From: Bacilli bacterium
Lineage (GTDB): Bacteria; Bacillota_I; Bacilli_A; RFN20; CAG-826
Reading direction: 5' to 3'
Assembly (NCBI GenBank): GCA_017454295.1
Contig: JAFTDF010000030.1
Location: forward strand, 3,896 to 67,895
DNA length: 64,000 nt
This document shows positions 43,789 through 52,592 of the stretch, in pieces. A program made the position numbers and the translations under genes. The notes below the pieces were generated by a model. That model was not told the origin of the DNA. It searched no databases and worked only from the letters and a program-made list of their open reading frames with translations. Each line of letters begins with the position of its first letter. Position 1 is the stretch's first letter.

Positions 43789-46227
43789 ATGAAAAAAGGC
43801 GTTTTGTTATGTCTTGCCTGCACGGCGTTGCTGGCTTTGAATTCCTGCGGTTGCGATGAAAAGCGATCCTCTTCGAGCTTCGCTTCGGAGGCGTCCTCAT
43901 CCCAGGATTCGAGTTCCCCTTCGAGCGAATCATCGGGTGAGTCTTCCTCTTCCGAGAGCTCTTCCGCTTCCGGTTCCTCGTCTTCGGAACCGGAACCCGT
44001 CGTCACCATTGCCTTAACCGCCCCATCACCCACGATGGATGTCGGCAAATACATGCAGCTTTCCTGCGACCACGCGTTCCCGGATGTCGAATTCACTTAT
44101 TCCGAACCCGACATCGTCCGCGTCGATGGCCTTGGCCGCGTTTATGGATTAAAAGCGGGAACCGTCAAAGTCACCGCATCTTTCGGGGGAGCCAGTTCCT
44201 CCATCGACCTAGAGATCCAAGATAAGGGGGTCTACGATGTCCGCATCGATAGCCAATATCCCGTCAACGGCGGGGATTTCATCGGCTTCAATGGCGATGA
44301 GTTCCATTTCAACGAAGACGGCGTCTATGAAAATAAGGGCGGCTATCCTTTCATCATCGGCCCCACCGGATCTTTGACCCTCTCCACCGCCATCCGTGGC
44401 ATCACCGATTTCACCGTGGAATGCGAAGAAGAATCCTACTATCTCCGTTCCGGTTATCATCCCGGCCAATACGATGATTTCAATAAAGTGGCTTCCGGAA
44501 CGCCCATCGCCGATTTAGGGCAGGCCGGCGGATTGCAAATCGTGAACAATTCCGCCGCCGATCTCCACATCAAATCCATCTCTTTCCATTACACGAGGTC
44601 GACCGAAATCGACACCATCGTCAATCAGACCAAAGCCCACGCTTCCGAGGATGTCTATGACGGAAACCGCCATGTCGTCAGCCCGGACAAATATGAGATC
44701 CCCGATATCGTCGATGGGGTGAAATACAAGGCCGAATACATCCAGACCAGCGATCCCACGCCTTTGAAAGCCACCGCCGAACCAGGCCATTATGTCCCCG
44801 GAAGTTACATCCACGGGGTCCGTATCGTCGATGCGGAGGGGCGCCATATCTTCACCGCCCGCTCCTTCCAGAACATCAAGATGCCGGATGGGAAACATGC
44901 CGCCATTTTCCATATGCCAGATGATAGTTGCAAAGTCTATGCCATCGATGATGGCCAGGACGTCACCGAATTCCCCACTCTTGAGGATGGTGGCTATTGG
45001 TCCAATGGCATGAATCAGTTCACCGCGTTACACGAAGACCGCCACTACTATCCCAGTTATACGATCTTCTGCACCCCCGGCGACGAAGGCGGCAACCCCA
45101 CTTCCTTCACTTATTCGACCATCACCGGTGGTTTGAAGATCGGCAACGGCACCGTCAAGCCGGGCTATCAATTCGTCGGTTGGTACCTCGACCGCGAATT
45201 CACCAAACCTTTCGATGAACGCGTCGGTTATAGCGGCGTCGTGCATCTCTACTCCAAGACGGTAAAAACCGACTCCCAGATTTACCGCATCCGTTATTAC
45301 GATGCCGATGACAATTTAGAGAGCTTTGCCTATGTCTTAGCCGGCCAAGGCCACTCGCTGAAGGAATTGCCTAATTTGCCTGAAAAAATGGGCACTTGGG
45401 AAATCTCCTGCCCCTCCAGCGCCACCACGCTGCATAACCCCCACGACTTCCTCGAATTCGGAAACCCCGAATCCCAGACCGCCTATGCCGATGACGTCGA
45501 GGCCCGCCCCTTCCGTTACCATACCGCGGATGAAGACGTATTCATGTATCGCGTCAACAACGCGAAAAAGCTCACAATGGTCATGGAAGCCAGTGATTTC
45601 AAAGAAGGGCAAAGCGCCCATTTGGCATCCTATATCAAAACCAAGAGTGCCAACGGCGATGCCGAATCCATGAACGCCGTCGACAAATCCGTCCCCTATC
45701 TCTTCCCCTATGCCTCGGGCGTGGTCCATGAATCCAGCGCCTACACGCAAATCGTGAACCATATGTTCGCGTCGCGGAGAATGAACTACTCTGAGCCCTT
45801 GGAGGGTATCGAAGGCTTCTATAGCGTCGAAACCGTTGGCAAGCGCGCCTTCCAATACCGATATGGATTAGGCGAAGGGCGCTCTTATTTCCCCGTCAAC
45901 GCCAAAACCTTCGACGAAGAAGCCTACGCCGATGTCCATTTCAATCGCGTCATCACCTTGCCACGCACTTTGACCAGCATCGGAGCCAATTGCTTCTCCA
46001 ATGCCACCGGCGTGGAAGAGATCTTCATCCCCAAGACCTTGGTATCGGTTGCCGAAAATTCTTTCAACTTCGTCAATAGTCCGAAACTCAGATTCCATTT
46101 CGAAGGCAGCGAAGACGATTGGAACAAATTGATTCCTTCCGCCACGCGGAAGGCCATCCTCGGCGGAGAAGGAACCTCGGCCAAGCATACCGTCGACTTC
46201 AACAACAACTACCGCTTCATCCATTAA
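43789..46227 (+). CDS. large surface lipoprotein (812 aa): Ser-rich linker, Big_2-like Ig domain, Listeria/Bacteroides repeat, C-terminal BspA-type LRRs
   Basis: Start MKKGVLLCLACTALLALNSC (lipobox). Big_2-like MDVGKYMQLS...VRVDGLGRVYGLKAGTVKVTAS. Also GYQFVGWYLDREFTKPF, and LRR-like VGKRAFQ / IGANCFSN / VAENSF. Confidence 0.8.
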   Translation: MKKGVLLCLACTALLALNSCGCDEKRSSSSFASEASSSQDSSSPSSESSGESSSSESSSASGSSSSEPEPVVTIALTAPSPTMDVGKYMQLSCDHAFPDVEFTYSEPDIVRVDGLGRVYGLKAGTVKVTASFGGASSSIDLEIQDKGVYDVRIDSQYPVNGGDFIGFNGDEFHFNEDGVYENKGGYPFIIGPTGSLTLSTAIRGITDFTVECEEESYYLRSGYHPGQYDDFNKVASGTPIADLGQAGGLQIVNNSAADLHIKSISFHYTRSTEIDTIVNQTKAHASEDVYDGNRHVVSPDKYEIPDIVDGVKYKAEYIQTSDPTPLKATAEPGHYVPGSYIHGVRIVDAEGRHIFTARSFQNIKMPDGKHAAIFHMPDDSCKVYAIDDGQDVTEFPTLEDGGYWSNGMNQFTALHEDRHYYPSYTIFCTPGDEGGNPTSFTYSTITGGLKIGNGTVKPGYQFVGWYLDREFTKPFDERVGYSGVVHLYSKTVKTDSQIYRIRYYDADDNLESFAYVLAGQGHSLKELPNLPEKMGTWEISCPSSATTLHNPHDFLEFGNPESQTAYADDVEARPFRYHTADEDVFMYRVNNAKKLTMVMEASDFKEGQSAHLASYIKTKSANGDAESMNAVDKSVPYLFPYASGVVHESSAYTQIVNHMFASRRMNYSEPLEGIEGFYSVETVGKRAFQYRYGLGEGRSYFPVNAKTFDEEAYADVHFNRVITLPRTLTSIGANCFSNATGVEEIFIPKTLVSVAENSFNFVNSPKLRFHFEGSEDDWNKLIPSATRKAILGGEGTSAKHTVDFNNNYRFIH

Positions 46228-46242
46228 GCGGGTAGAAGAAGC

Positions 46243-46274
46243 AAAAAAGCGTTCCTTCGCGGGAACGCTTTTTG
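46243..46274. terminator. bidirectional terminator between convergent genes
   Basis: AGCGTTCC-TTCGCG-GGAACGCT (46248-46269) flanked by A6 and T5. Confidence 0.8.
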
Positions 46275-46287
46275 ATTGGAACGACGG

Positions 46288-46524
46288 TTATTCCTGGAAC
46301 CAGAAGATACGACCGGTGAGAAGGATGAAGACGAGGTCGAGAACCCAGCCGACGAAACCGGCGAAGATGATCCAAACGACAGCGAGAACGATATGGAGGA
46401 CGTTCTTGTTGGCAATGGCACCACCGAGGCGGTAGATACCCCAAAGGATATCAACGATCGGCAAGCAGAAGAGGATCTTCACGAGACGGGAGCGTTCATC
46501 CATCCATTTGCAGAAAGCGTGCAT
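46288..46524 (-). CDS. small two-TM membrane protein (78 aa)
   Basis: TAGGAGGT SD. Two hydrophobic helices (ILFCLPIVDILWGIY, VLAVVWIIFAGFVGWVLDLVFILL). Family not recognised. Confidence 0.6.
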   Translation of the reverse strand: MHAFCKWMDERSRLVKILFCLPIVDILWGIYRLGGAIANKNVLHIVLAVVWIIFAGFVGWVLDLVFILLTGRIFWFQE

Positions 46525-46604
46525 ACTATTACCTCCTACTCAAAGGATAATCCACCGCTTCAAAATGCGTTAGTGTTTTTTTCACCTTCTTCCCAAAGGG
46601 AAAC

Positions 46605-46692
46605 GCGCCAAAAACAGGGCAAAAAGCCTGAAAAGCAATGAAAAAGTGGCTTTTTGCGAACTTTTTCCGTTTTTGGGTCTCTGTTTTTGGGC
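46605..46692. repeat. helically phased A-tracts followed by mirrored T-tracts (imperfect palindrome, predicted curved DNA)
   Basis: A4-5 runs start at 46610, 46621, 46631 and 46641. T5 runs start at 46651, 46662, 46670 and 46684. ccaaaaacag (46608-46617) pairs with ctgtttttgg (46681-46690), and gcaaaaagcc (46620-46629) with ggctttttgc (46649-46658). Confidence 0.7.
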
Positions 46693-46733
46693 ATTTACTC
46701 CGCAAAACATCAGCGAAATCAACCCTCAAAACG

Positions 46734-46761
46734 GAAAGAAAAAGCCTGCTCGAGGCAGGCC
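46734..46761 (-). terminator. rho-independent terminator after the IMPase-family gene
   Basis: GCCTGC-TCGAG-GCAGGC (46744-46760) with a T-run on the minus strand. Confidence 0.75.
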
Positions 46762-46763
46762 CG

Positions 46764-47552
46764 TTAGTCTAACACCAGGTTACTTTCTTTGTTGGCGAGG
46801 ACATAACCATCGCGGTTATAAACGTCTTCCCGATTGTAACGGAATGGCTTCCCGTTACCATCCACCATGACGCCTCCGGCTTCGCGAACCAGGAGATCCC
46901 CTGGAGCGACATCCCATTCCTTAGTGCCGGCGGAGATGCGGTAGAAGAAGTCGGCGCTACCTTCGGCGATGGCGCAGAATTTCATCGCGGCGCCAAGGGG
47001 TCTTGCTTCCCCTTCGAAGCGGTCCGCGTGTTTCGCCATGAAGACCTTCTCCTTTTCATTAAAGAAGGAAATCGAACGAAGGGTCCGCAAATGGTCATCG
47101 CGGTCTGATACATGGATGCGCTCGACGCTGCCGTCGGGATTCATTCTGAACGCGCCTTCGCCCTTCACGGCGTAATAGAGGAGGTTCATCGTCGGAACGT
47201 TAATCACGCCGACGACGATTTGATGGTCTTCGGCCAAAGCGATATTGGTGGTGAACTGACCGTTACGAGAAACGAACTCTTTGGTGCCATCCACCGGATC
47301 GACGATCCAAATCCGCTTTTTGGTGAGACGTTCTTTGGTGTCGCGGCTTTCTTCGGTGAGGAAGCCATCTTCGGGGAAGAGGGGAGCCAAATGGGCGCGG
47401 ATCATTTCGTCTGCGCCTTTATCGGCGGCGGTGACCGGAGAATCGTCGGCTTTGATTTCAATGTCAAAAGGGGTGTGGTAGATTTCCAAGATAAACGTTT
47501 GGGCTTTCTTGGCGGCGGCGATGGCGGCTTCGAGTTCTTTTTGGTACTTCAT
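46764..47552 (-). CDS. inositol monophosphatase family protein (SuhB/CysQ-like phosphatase)
   Basis: 262 aa. Metal-binding motifs LTEESRD and WIVDPVDGTKEF. The start overlaps the nrnA stop (ATGA). Confidence 0.8.
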   Translation of the reverse strand: MKYQKELEAAIAAAKKAQTFILEIYHTPFDIEIKADDSPVTAADKGADEMIRAHLAPLFPEDGFLTEESRDTKERLTKKRIWIVDPVDGTKEFVSRNGQFTTNIALAEDHQIVVGVINVPTMNLLYYAVKGEGAFRMNPDGSVERIHVSDRDDHLRTLRSISFFNEKEKVFMAKHADRFEGEARPLGAAMKFCAIAEGSADFFYRISAGTKEWDVAPGDLLVREAGGVMVDGNGKPFRYNREDVYNRDGYVLANKESNLVLD

Positions 47553-48502
47553 TCGTCGGGCTCCACTTGGTTTAGCTGATAGATGACGTCGAGATAATTC
47601 GGCCCGTCATGGCGTAATTCCGCCCCAGCGGCATAGCGATGTCCTCCGCCGCGGAACATTTTCGCAACGGGTTGAACCGGATAGCCGTGATTGGAACGGA
47701 GTTCAACTCGATAATACCCGTATTCATCTTCGCAGAACAGGGCGAACATTTTTGAATCGTTTAAATCCGCAAGGGCGTTGACGTATTCGGAGGCTTTTTC
47801 GTAAGGAAGACCCCGTTCTTCATATTGGCGGCGAGAGACGACGAGATACGTCACTTTGCCATCGACTTTCGCGGATTGGCGCATCCATTCTTTATAGGCA
47901 CGTGTCGTGTCATCTTCGGCATAGACGATGTCATAAAGCTTCTGCGGTTCGGCCCCATACTCCTGCATTAATTGCTGAAGTTCCAATGTGTGGGCAGTCG
48001 TGCCATGGAACCGGAAACGCCCGGAATCGGTGGCCATACCGAGGAATAAGGCATTGGCAATGGTCTTGTTGAATTTCCAGCCGTTGCCTAGGGCAAAATC
48101 GATGAGGATTTCGCACGCGGCAATACGGTCTTCGTCCACCCAACTAAGGCCATCGAAGGGTTCCGTATCCAAAGCGATGCAATGATGGTCGAATTTAATG
48201 GCTTCCTTGGCGGTGAAAACGCGTGGATCTTCGACGCGACGCAAACACGAGACGTCCACCAGAATCGCCAAGGAGTTGGCCACGGTTTGATCGTCGACTT
48301 GATCCATCGAGCCGAGCATTTCAAACAAGGCCGGGATCCCCGTGCCAACGGCATAAACCTTCTTCTTGGGGTAATTCAAACGGATCAATTCCCGCAAACC
48401 AATTTGGCTACCATAGCAGTCGCCATCGGGCAGACAATGCCCAAAAATGCAGATGCTGTCTGCTTTTTCGATGATTTCTAGTAGCTCATGGTGTAAATCC
48501 AT
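47549..48502 (-). CDS. nrnA: DHH/DHHA1 phosphoesterase (NrnA-type nanoRNase / pAp phosphatase)
   Basis: 317 aa. GHCLPDGDCYGS, FDHH and GGGH motifs in DHH/DHHA1 order. Confidence 0.8.
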   Translation of the reverse strand: MDLHHELLEIIEKADSICIFGHCLPDGDCYGSQIGLRELIRLNYPKKKVYAVGTGIPALFEMLGSMDQVDDQTVANSLAILVDVSCLRRVEDPRVFTAKEAIKFDHHCIALDTEPFDGLSWVDEDRIAACEILIDFALGNGWKFNKTIANALFLGMATDSGRFRFHGTTAHTLELQQLMQEYGAEPQKLYDIVYAEDDTTRAYKEWMRQSAKVDGKVTYLVVSRRQYEERGLPYEKASEYVNALADLNDSKMFALFCEDEYGYYRVELRSNHGYPVQPVAKMFRGGGHRYAAGAELRHDGPNYLDVIYQLNQVEPDE

Positions 48503-48510
48503 AGCGGGAT

Positions 48511-48516
48511 ATTATA
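48511..48516 (-). promoter_or_regulatory. -10 box TATAAT 8 nt upstream of the nrnA ATG; leaderless-type promoter
   Basis: Minus strand reads tataTATAATatcccgctATG, directly after the rpoE terminator. Confidence 0.5.
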
Positions 48517-48517
48517 T

Positions 48518-48548
48518 ATAAAAAAGGACCGGCGTGGTCCTTTTTTTG
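48518..48548 (-). terminator. rho-independent terminator after rpoE
   Basis: AGGACC-GGCGT-GGTCCT (48525-48541) flanked by A/T runs. Confidence 0.8.
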
Positions 48549-48567
48549 AAATTCGTGGTTTTTCGGA

Positions 48568-48996
48568 TTAGAAGTTATCCTTGATGCCCAGAAGTTCCGC
48601 GGCATTTTCGGAAGGCTTTTCTTCTTCGTCGTCGCTGCCTTCTTCTTCATCCGATTCGATGATGCCACCTTGGACGGATTCGTTATAGGCCTTTTCTTCG
48701 GCGGCGTCTTCGGCGTCGTTGTCGCTTTGTTCGACATCGCTGTAGACATCTTTGACGTCGATATGGACGGCATCATAGGTGTGGCGGGAGCGAAGATCCC
48801 AGGTGTTGTTGGCCAAAACGACGAATTTGCCGTTGAGGGAAATGTCGGTGTAGAAGTGGCCGATGCGTTCGGCTTCTTCCTCATCGGTGATTTTGAGGGC
48901 TTCCCGGACTTTGGCCCAGAGATCCTGGAATCTCATTTCCTTGCCGGCGGCGGTTAAGGCGGCGGTGGCCGCTTCGATCATGCTTCCTTTGTTCAT
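48568..48996 (-). CDS. rpoE: DNA-directed RNA polymerase delta subunit
   Basis: 142 aa. HARE-HTH-like N-terminal half (FYTDISLNGKFVVLANNTWDLR) and a strongly acidic C-terminal tail. Confidence 0.85.
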   Translation of the reverse strand: MNKGSMIEAATAALTAAGKEMRFQDLWAKVREALKITDEEEAERIGHFYTDISLNGKFVVLANNTWDLRSRHTYDAVHIDVKDVYSDVEQSDNDAEDAAEEKAYNESVQGGIIESDEEEGSDDEEEKPSENAAELLGIKDNF

Positions 48997-49015
48997 GGTC
49001 TATTTCTCCTTTTGA

Positions 49016-50638
49016 TTACATTTTGGTGGGGGCGGAGACGCCAAGGATCCCCAAGGCATTCTCCATCGCGATTTTTACGGCTTTGATCAACGCTAACCGT
49101 GACGCGGTCAGCGGGATGTTGTCACGATCGATGACCCGGTTCTTGGCATAGAATTCATGGAAATGTTCCGCCAAGTCATGGGCATAGGCCGCAACTTTAT
49201 AGGGGGCGCGATCGCGGGCCGCGCCTTCTATCATACTCGCGAAATCGGCCAAATGCTTTAAAATCGATGCTTCTTCTGCACTTTGACACATTTTCGCGCT
49301 CTCGTCGAGGGCGATATCTTCCCCTAAGGCAAGCAGCGAGCAGCACCGAGCGTGGGCATATTGGCAATAGTAAACAGGGTTGGAACTGGATTGTTCCGTG
49401 GCCAGATTATAGTTGAAATCGAGGTGCGAGGATTGATTCCGTTCGGTGAAGAAATAACGGACGGCATCCACGCCGACGTCTTCGACGAGGTCGCGGTGGG
49501 CAATGGCTTTGCCGGTGCGTTTGCTCATCTTCACCTCTTCGCCATCGCGGAAAACGCGGACGACTTGGACGAAGGTCACCTCGAGGTAATCGGGGGCGTA
49601 GCCCTTCATCATGAGCGCGGATTTCATCCGGTTGACATAACCATGGTGATCGGCACCAAGGACATCGATTAAGTGATCGAAGCCACGCGCCCCTTTGTTG
49701 TAGTGATAGCAAATATCGGGCAGGAAATAGGTGGGCTGCCCATTGCTTTTGATCACCGGGCGGTCTTTGTCGTCAAGATAATCGCTGGTTTTGAGGAAGG
49801 TGGCTCCTTCGCTTTCGTAAAGATGGGACTTGAGCTCGCCAAGCACCTTATCGAGGGTGCCGCCTTTGCGGATGTCGGATTCGTAGGTGAACACGTCGAA
49901 GGTCACCCCGAAATCGGAGAGGTCCTTCTTTAATTTGGCCAGTTCTGCATCAATCCCAAAGCGGATAAAGAAGTCGTGGCTCTTCTCGTTATCTTCGAGA
50001 TAGGCATCGCCATATTGATCCTTGATGGATTGGGCGATGGCGATGAGATCGGTACCATGGTAATCGTCGTCTCCCAAATCCAAAGGTTCCCCGAAAAGTT
50101 CATGGTAACGAGCGCGGATGGAATGCCCCAAATGTTCGATTTGGTTACCGCAATCGTTGACATAGAATTCGCGGGTCACATCATAGCCATCATAGGTAAG
50201 CAAACGCGCCAAGGAATCGCCGACCGCGGCGCAGCGGGTATGCCCCAAATGGAGGTCGCCGGTAGGGTTGGCGGAAACGTATTCTAAGTTGATTTTTTGG
50301 TTTTTGGAGGGGAGTTTGCCGTAGTTTTCGCCTTCGGAGAGGACTTTGGCAACGATGTTTTGAAGGGCGTCTTTCTTCATGAAGAAGTTAATGAAACCCG
50401 GGCCGGCGATTTCGATTTTCTCAATCGCTTCCTCTTCGATATTCCGTTGCAAAGCGGACGCTAAATCGCGGGGGTTCTTGCCTAAGGATTTGGCATAACG
50501 GAGGGCGATGTTGGTGGAGTAATCCCCATGGGCAACATCGCGGCTGCGCTCGATGACGATGTCTTTGGCCTCGACTTCGATGCCTTCTTTCTTGGCGGCT
50601 CTGGCCAAGGCGATTTTCAGTTTTTCTTCGTTTCCCAT
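49016..50638 (-). CDS. argS: arginine--tRNA ligase
   Basis: Start MGNEEKLKIAL. HIGH-type GDLHLGH and the KMSKRTGK motif. Confidence 0.93.
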   Translation of the reverse strand: MGNEEKLKIALARAAKKEGIEVEAKDIVIERSRDVAHGDYSTNIALRYAKSLGKNPRDLASALQRNIEEEAIEKIEIAGPGFINFFMKKDALQNIVAKVLSEGENYGKLPSKNQKINLEYVSANPTGDLHLGHTRCAAVGDSLARLLTYDGYDVTREFYVNDCGNQIEHLGHSIRARYHELFGEPLDLGDDDYHGTDLIAIAQSIKDQYGDAYLEDNEKSHDFFIRFGIDAELAKLKKDLSDFGVTFDVFTYESDIRKGGTLDKVLGELKSHLYESEGATFLKTSDYLDDKDRPVIKSNGQPTYFLPDICYHYNKGARGFDHLIDVLGADHHGYVNRMKSALMMKGYAPDYLEVTFVQVVRVFRDGEEVKMSKRTGKAIAHRDLVEDVGVDAVRYFFTERNQSSHLDFNYNLATEQSSSNPVYYCQYAHARCCSLLALGEDIALDESAKMCQSAEEASILKHLADFASMIEGAARDRAPYKVAAYAHDLAEHFHEFYAKNRVIDRDNIPLTASRLALIKAVKIAMENALGILGVSAPTKM

Positions 50639-50640
50639 AT

Positions 50641-51117
50641 TCACTCCTCTAATAACGCCACGGCGTGGCAAGCAATGGCTCTATTTTCCCCTAAGGGGCC
50701 AAGGCCTTCGTTGGTTTTGCAGGTGATTCCGATGCGATCTTCCCCGATGCGTAAGGTGGCATCGATGCTCCGCTTGAACTCGTCGATGAAACCGGCGAGT
50801 TTGGGTCGCTCCGCGGTGATGACGATGCTCACGTTGGAGACAAAGCAACCGTGGGTTTTCACCTTCTCGATGGCAAATTCGAGAATGCGACGGCTATCGA
50901 TGTCTTTGAATTCTTCCTTGGATGGAGAGAAGAAGAAACCGATATCCCGTTCCCCCACCGCGCTAAGCAAAGCATCGGAAATGGCGTGGAACACCACATC
51001 GGCATCGCTATGGCCGAGTAGCCCTTTCTCAAACGGCACATGCACGCCAGCGAGAATTAAGGGACACCCCGCTTCCAAACGATGGATATCTTCACCAAGG
51101 CCAACTCGGTATTCCAT
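50641..51117 (-). CDS. ispF: 2-C-methyl-D-erythritol 2,4-cyclodiphosphate synthase
   Basis: 158 aa. GLGEDIHRL and GHSDADVVFHAI motifs. Confidence 0.93.
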   Translation of the reverse strand: MEYRVGLGEDIHRLEAGCPLILAGVHVPFEKGLLGHSDADVVFHAISDALLSAVGERDIGFFFSPSKEEFKDIDSRRILEFAIEKVKTHGCFVSNVSIVITAERPKLAGFIDEFKRSIDATLRIGEDRIGITCKTNEGLGPLGENRAIACHAVALLEE

Positions 51118-51119
51118 GG

Positions 51120-52229
51120 TTAGTTATTGAACCGGAAGAAGACACAGTCGCCGTCTTTCATCCGATATTCCTTTCCTTCCATCCGTAACTTTCCGGCTTC
51201 TTTCACCGCGGCTTCCGAACCATACTTCTTCAAATCTTCGAAATCATAGGTTTCGCATTTGATGAACCCTTTTTGGAAATCGGTGTGGATGATGCCGGCA
51301 CATTCCGGGGCGGTCATGCCGTTATGGAACGTCCAAGCCCGACATTCGTCTTTCCCGCAGGTGAAGAACGTGGAAAGATTGAGCAAGCGGTATGCGGCTT
51401 TGGTGAGCTTGTCTAAGCCCGATTCGGCGGCTCCTAGGCTGGATAAGAATTCTTTGCGTTCCTCGGGGCCAAGTTCGGACAATTCGAATTCGATTTGGCA
51501 GGACACGGGGATGCATTGGGCACCTTGGGCCTCAGCCAAAGCTTTGAGGGTTTGATAATGCTTGCATCCATCTAAATCGGCATAATCGCTATCGGCGACA
51601 TTGGCGACATAGAGGATGGGCTTTAACGTAAGCAGGAAGAAATTCTTCTTGGCATAAGCAATCTGCTCTTCGCTAAGGGAGGTGCAAAGCCGAGCGGGCA
51701 AACCTTGTTCCAAAGTTTTCTTTAGTTCCGTGAGGATCGCCATTTCATAGACGGCGGTCTTCTCTTTCGAGACGCGGGCCTTATTGGCGCATTTATCGAT
51801 GCGACCTTGGACCGAATCCAAGTCAGCCATGGCAAGTTCGAGGTCGATGATTTCGACGTCTCGCTTAGGATCGACGACATTTTCGACATGGATGATTTCG
51901 TTGCTTTCGAAGCAGCGCACCACTTCGCAGATGGCGTCGCATTCGCGAATCGCGGCCAAAAACTGGTTTCCGAGGCCTTCGCCTTTGGAAGCACCTTTCA
52001 CCAAACCGGCGATATCATAGAATTCAAACGTCGCGTTGATTTTCTTCAGCGGCTGGAACATTTCAGTTAAATAGTCCAAGCGGGCATCGGGCACCACGAC
52101 CACCCCGGTATTGGGCTTAATCGTGGCAAAGGGATAGTTGGCCGCTTCGACATGGGAATTGGTAATGGCATTGAATAAGGTGGATTTGCCTACATTAGGC
52201 AAGCCCACGATGCCGGCTTTCATGGACAT
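51120..52229 (-). CDS. ychF: redox-regulated ATPase YchF (Obg-family)
   Basis: 369 aa. [16 protein letters not shown] and a C-terminal TGS-like region. GAAGGAG SD. Confidence 0.93.
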   Translation of the reverse strand: MSMKAGIVGLPNVGKSTLFNAITNSHVEAANYPFATIKPNTGVVVVPDARLDYLTEMFQPLKKINATFEFYDIAGLVKGASKGEGLGNQFLAAIRECDAICEVVRCFESNEIIHVENVVDPKRDVEIIDLELAMADLDSVQGRIDKCANKARVSKEKTAVYEMAILTELKKTLEQGLPARLCTSLSEEQIAYAKKNFFLLTLKPILYVANVADSDYADLDGCKHYQTLKALAEAQGAQCIPVSCQIEFELSELGPEERKEFLSSLGAAESGLDKLTKAAYRLLNLSTFFTCGKDECRAWTFHNGMTAPECAGIIHTDFQKGFIKCETYDFEDLKKYGSEAAVKEAGKLRMEGKEYRMKDGDCVFFRFNN

Positions 52230-52278
52230 CGGTAAAGCTCCTTCGCGTGGTAATCATACACTTGTGGGCGCACAAGGG

Positions 52279-52303
52279 AAAGAAAAACCCCGCTAAGCGG
52301 GGT
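52279..52303 (-). terminator. rho-independent terminator after the cold-shock gene
   Basis: CCCCGC-TAA-GCGGGG (52288-52302) with a T-run on the minus strand. Confidence 0.75.
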
Positions 52304-52319
52304 GATGAGCCGATATAAA

Positions 52320-52520
52320 TCAGGCGACTTTTTTGACGTTAGTAGCACGCGGACCACGATCGGATTCTTGGACTTCGAATTCCACATTCTCGCCTTTTTC
52401 AGCGGTTTTGTAGTTGTCCATCAAGATAGCCGAATAATGGAAGAAGTAATCCTTGTTATCCTCTCCATGGATAAACCCGAATCCCTTCTCTGCGTTGAAC
52501 ATCTTAACTGTTCCCTTCAT
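52320..52520 (-). CDS. cold-shock protein (CspA family)
   Basis: 66 aa. [17 protein letters not shown] (RNP1) and DYFFHYS (RNP2-like). Confidence 0.95.
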   Translation of the reverse strand: MKGTVKMFNAEKGFGFIHGEDNKDYFFHYSAILMDNYKTAEKGENVEFEVQESDRGPRATNVKKVA

Positions 52521-52592
52521 TCAAGACCCTGACTTTCTGGCATGTCGCCAAGGAAAATTATAAGACCCCATCGCGATTCTTACTAGAAAAAA

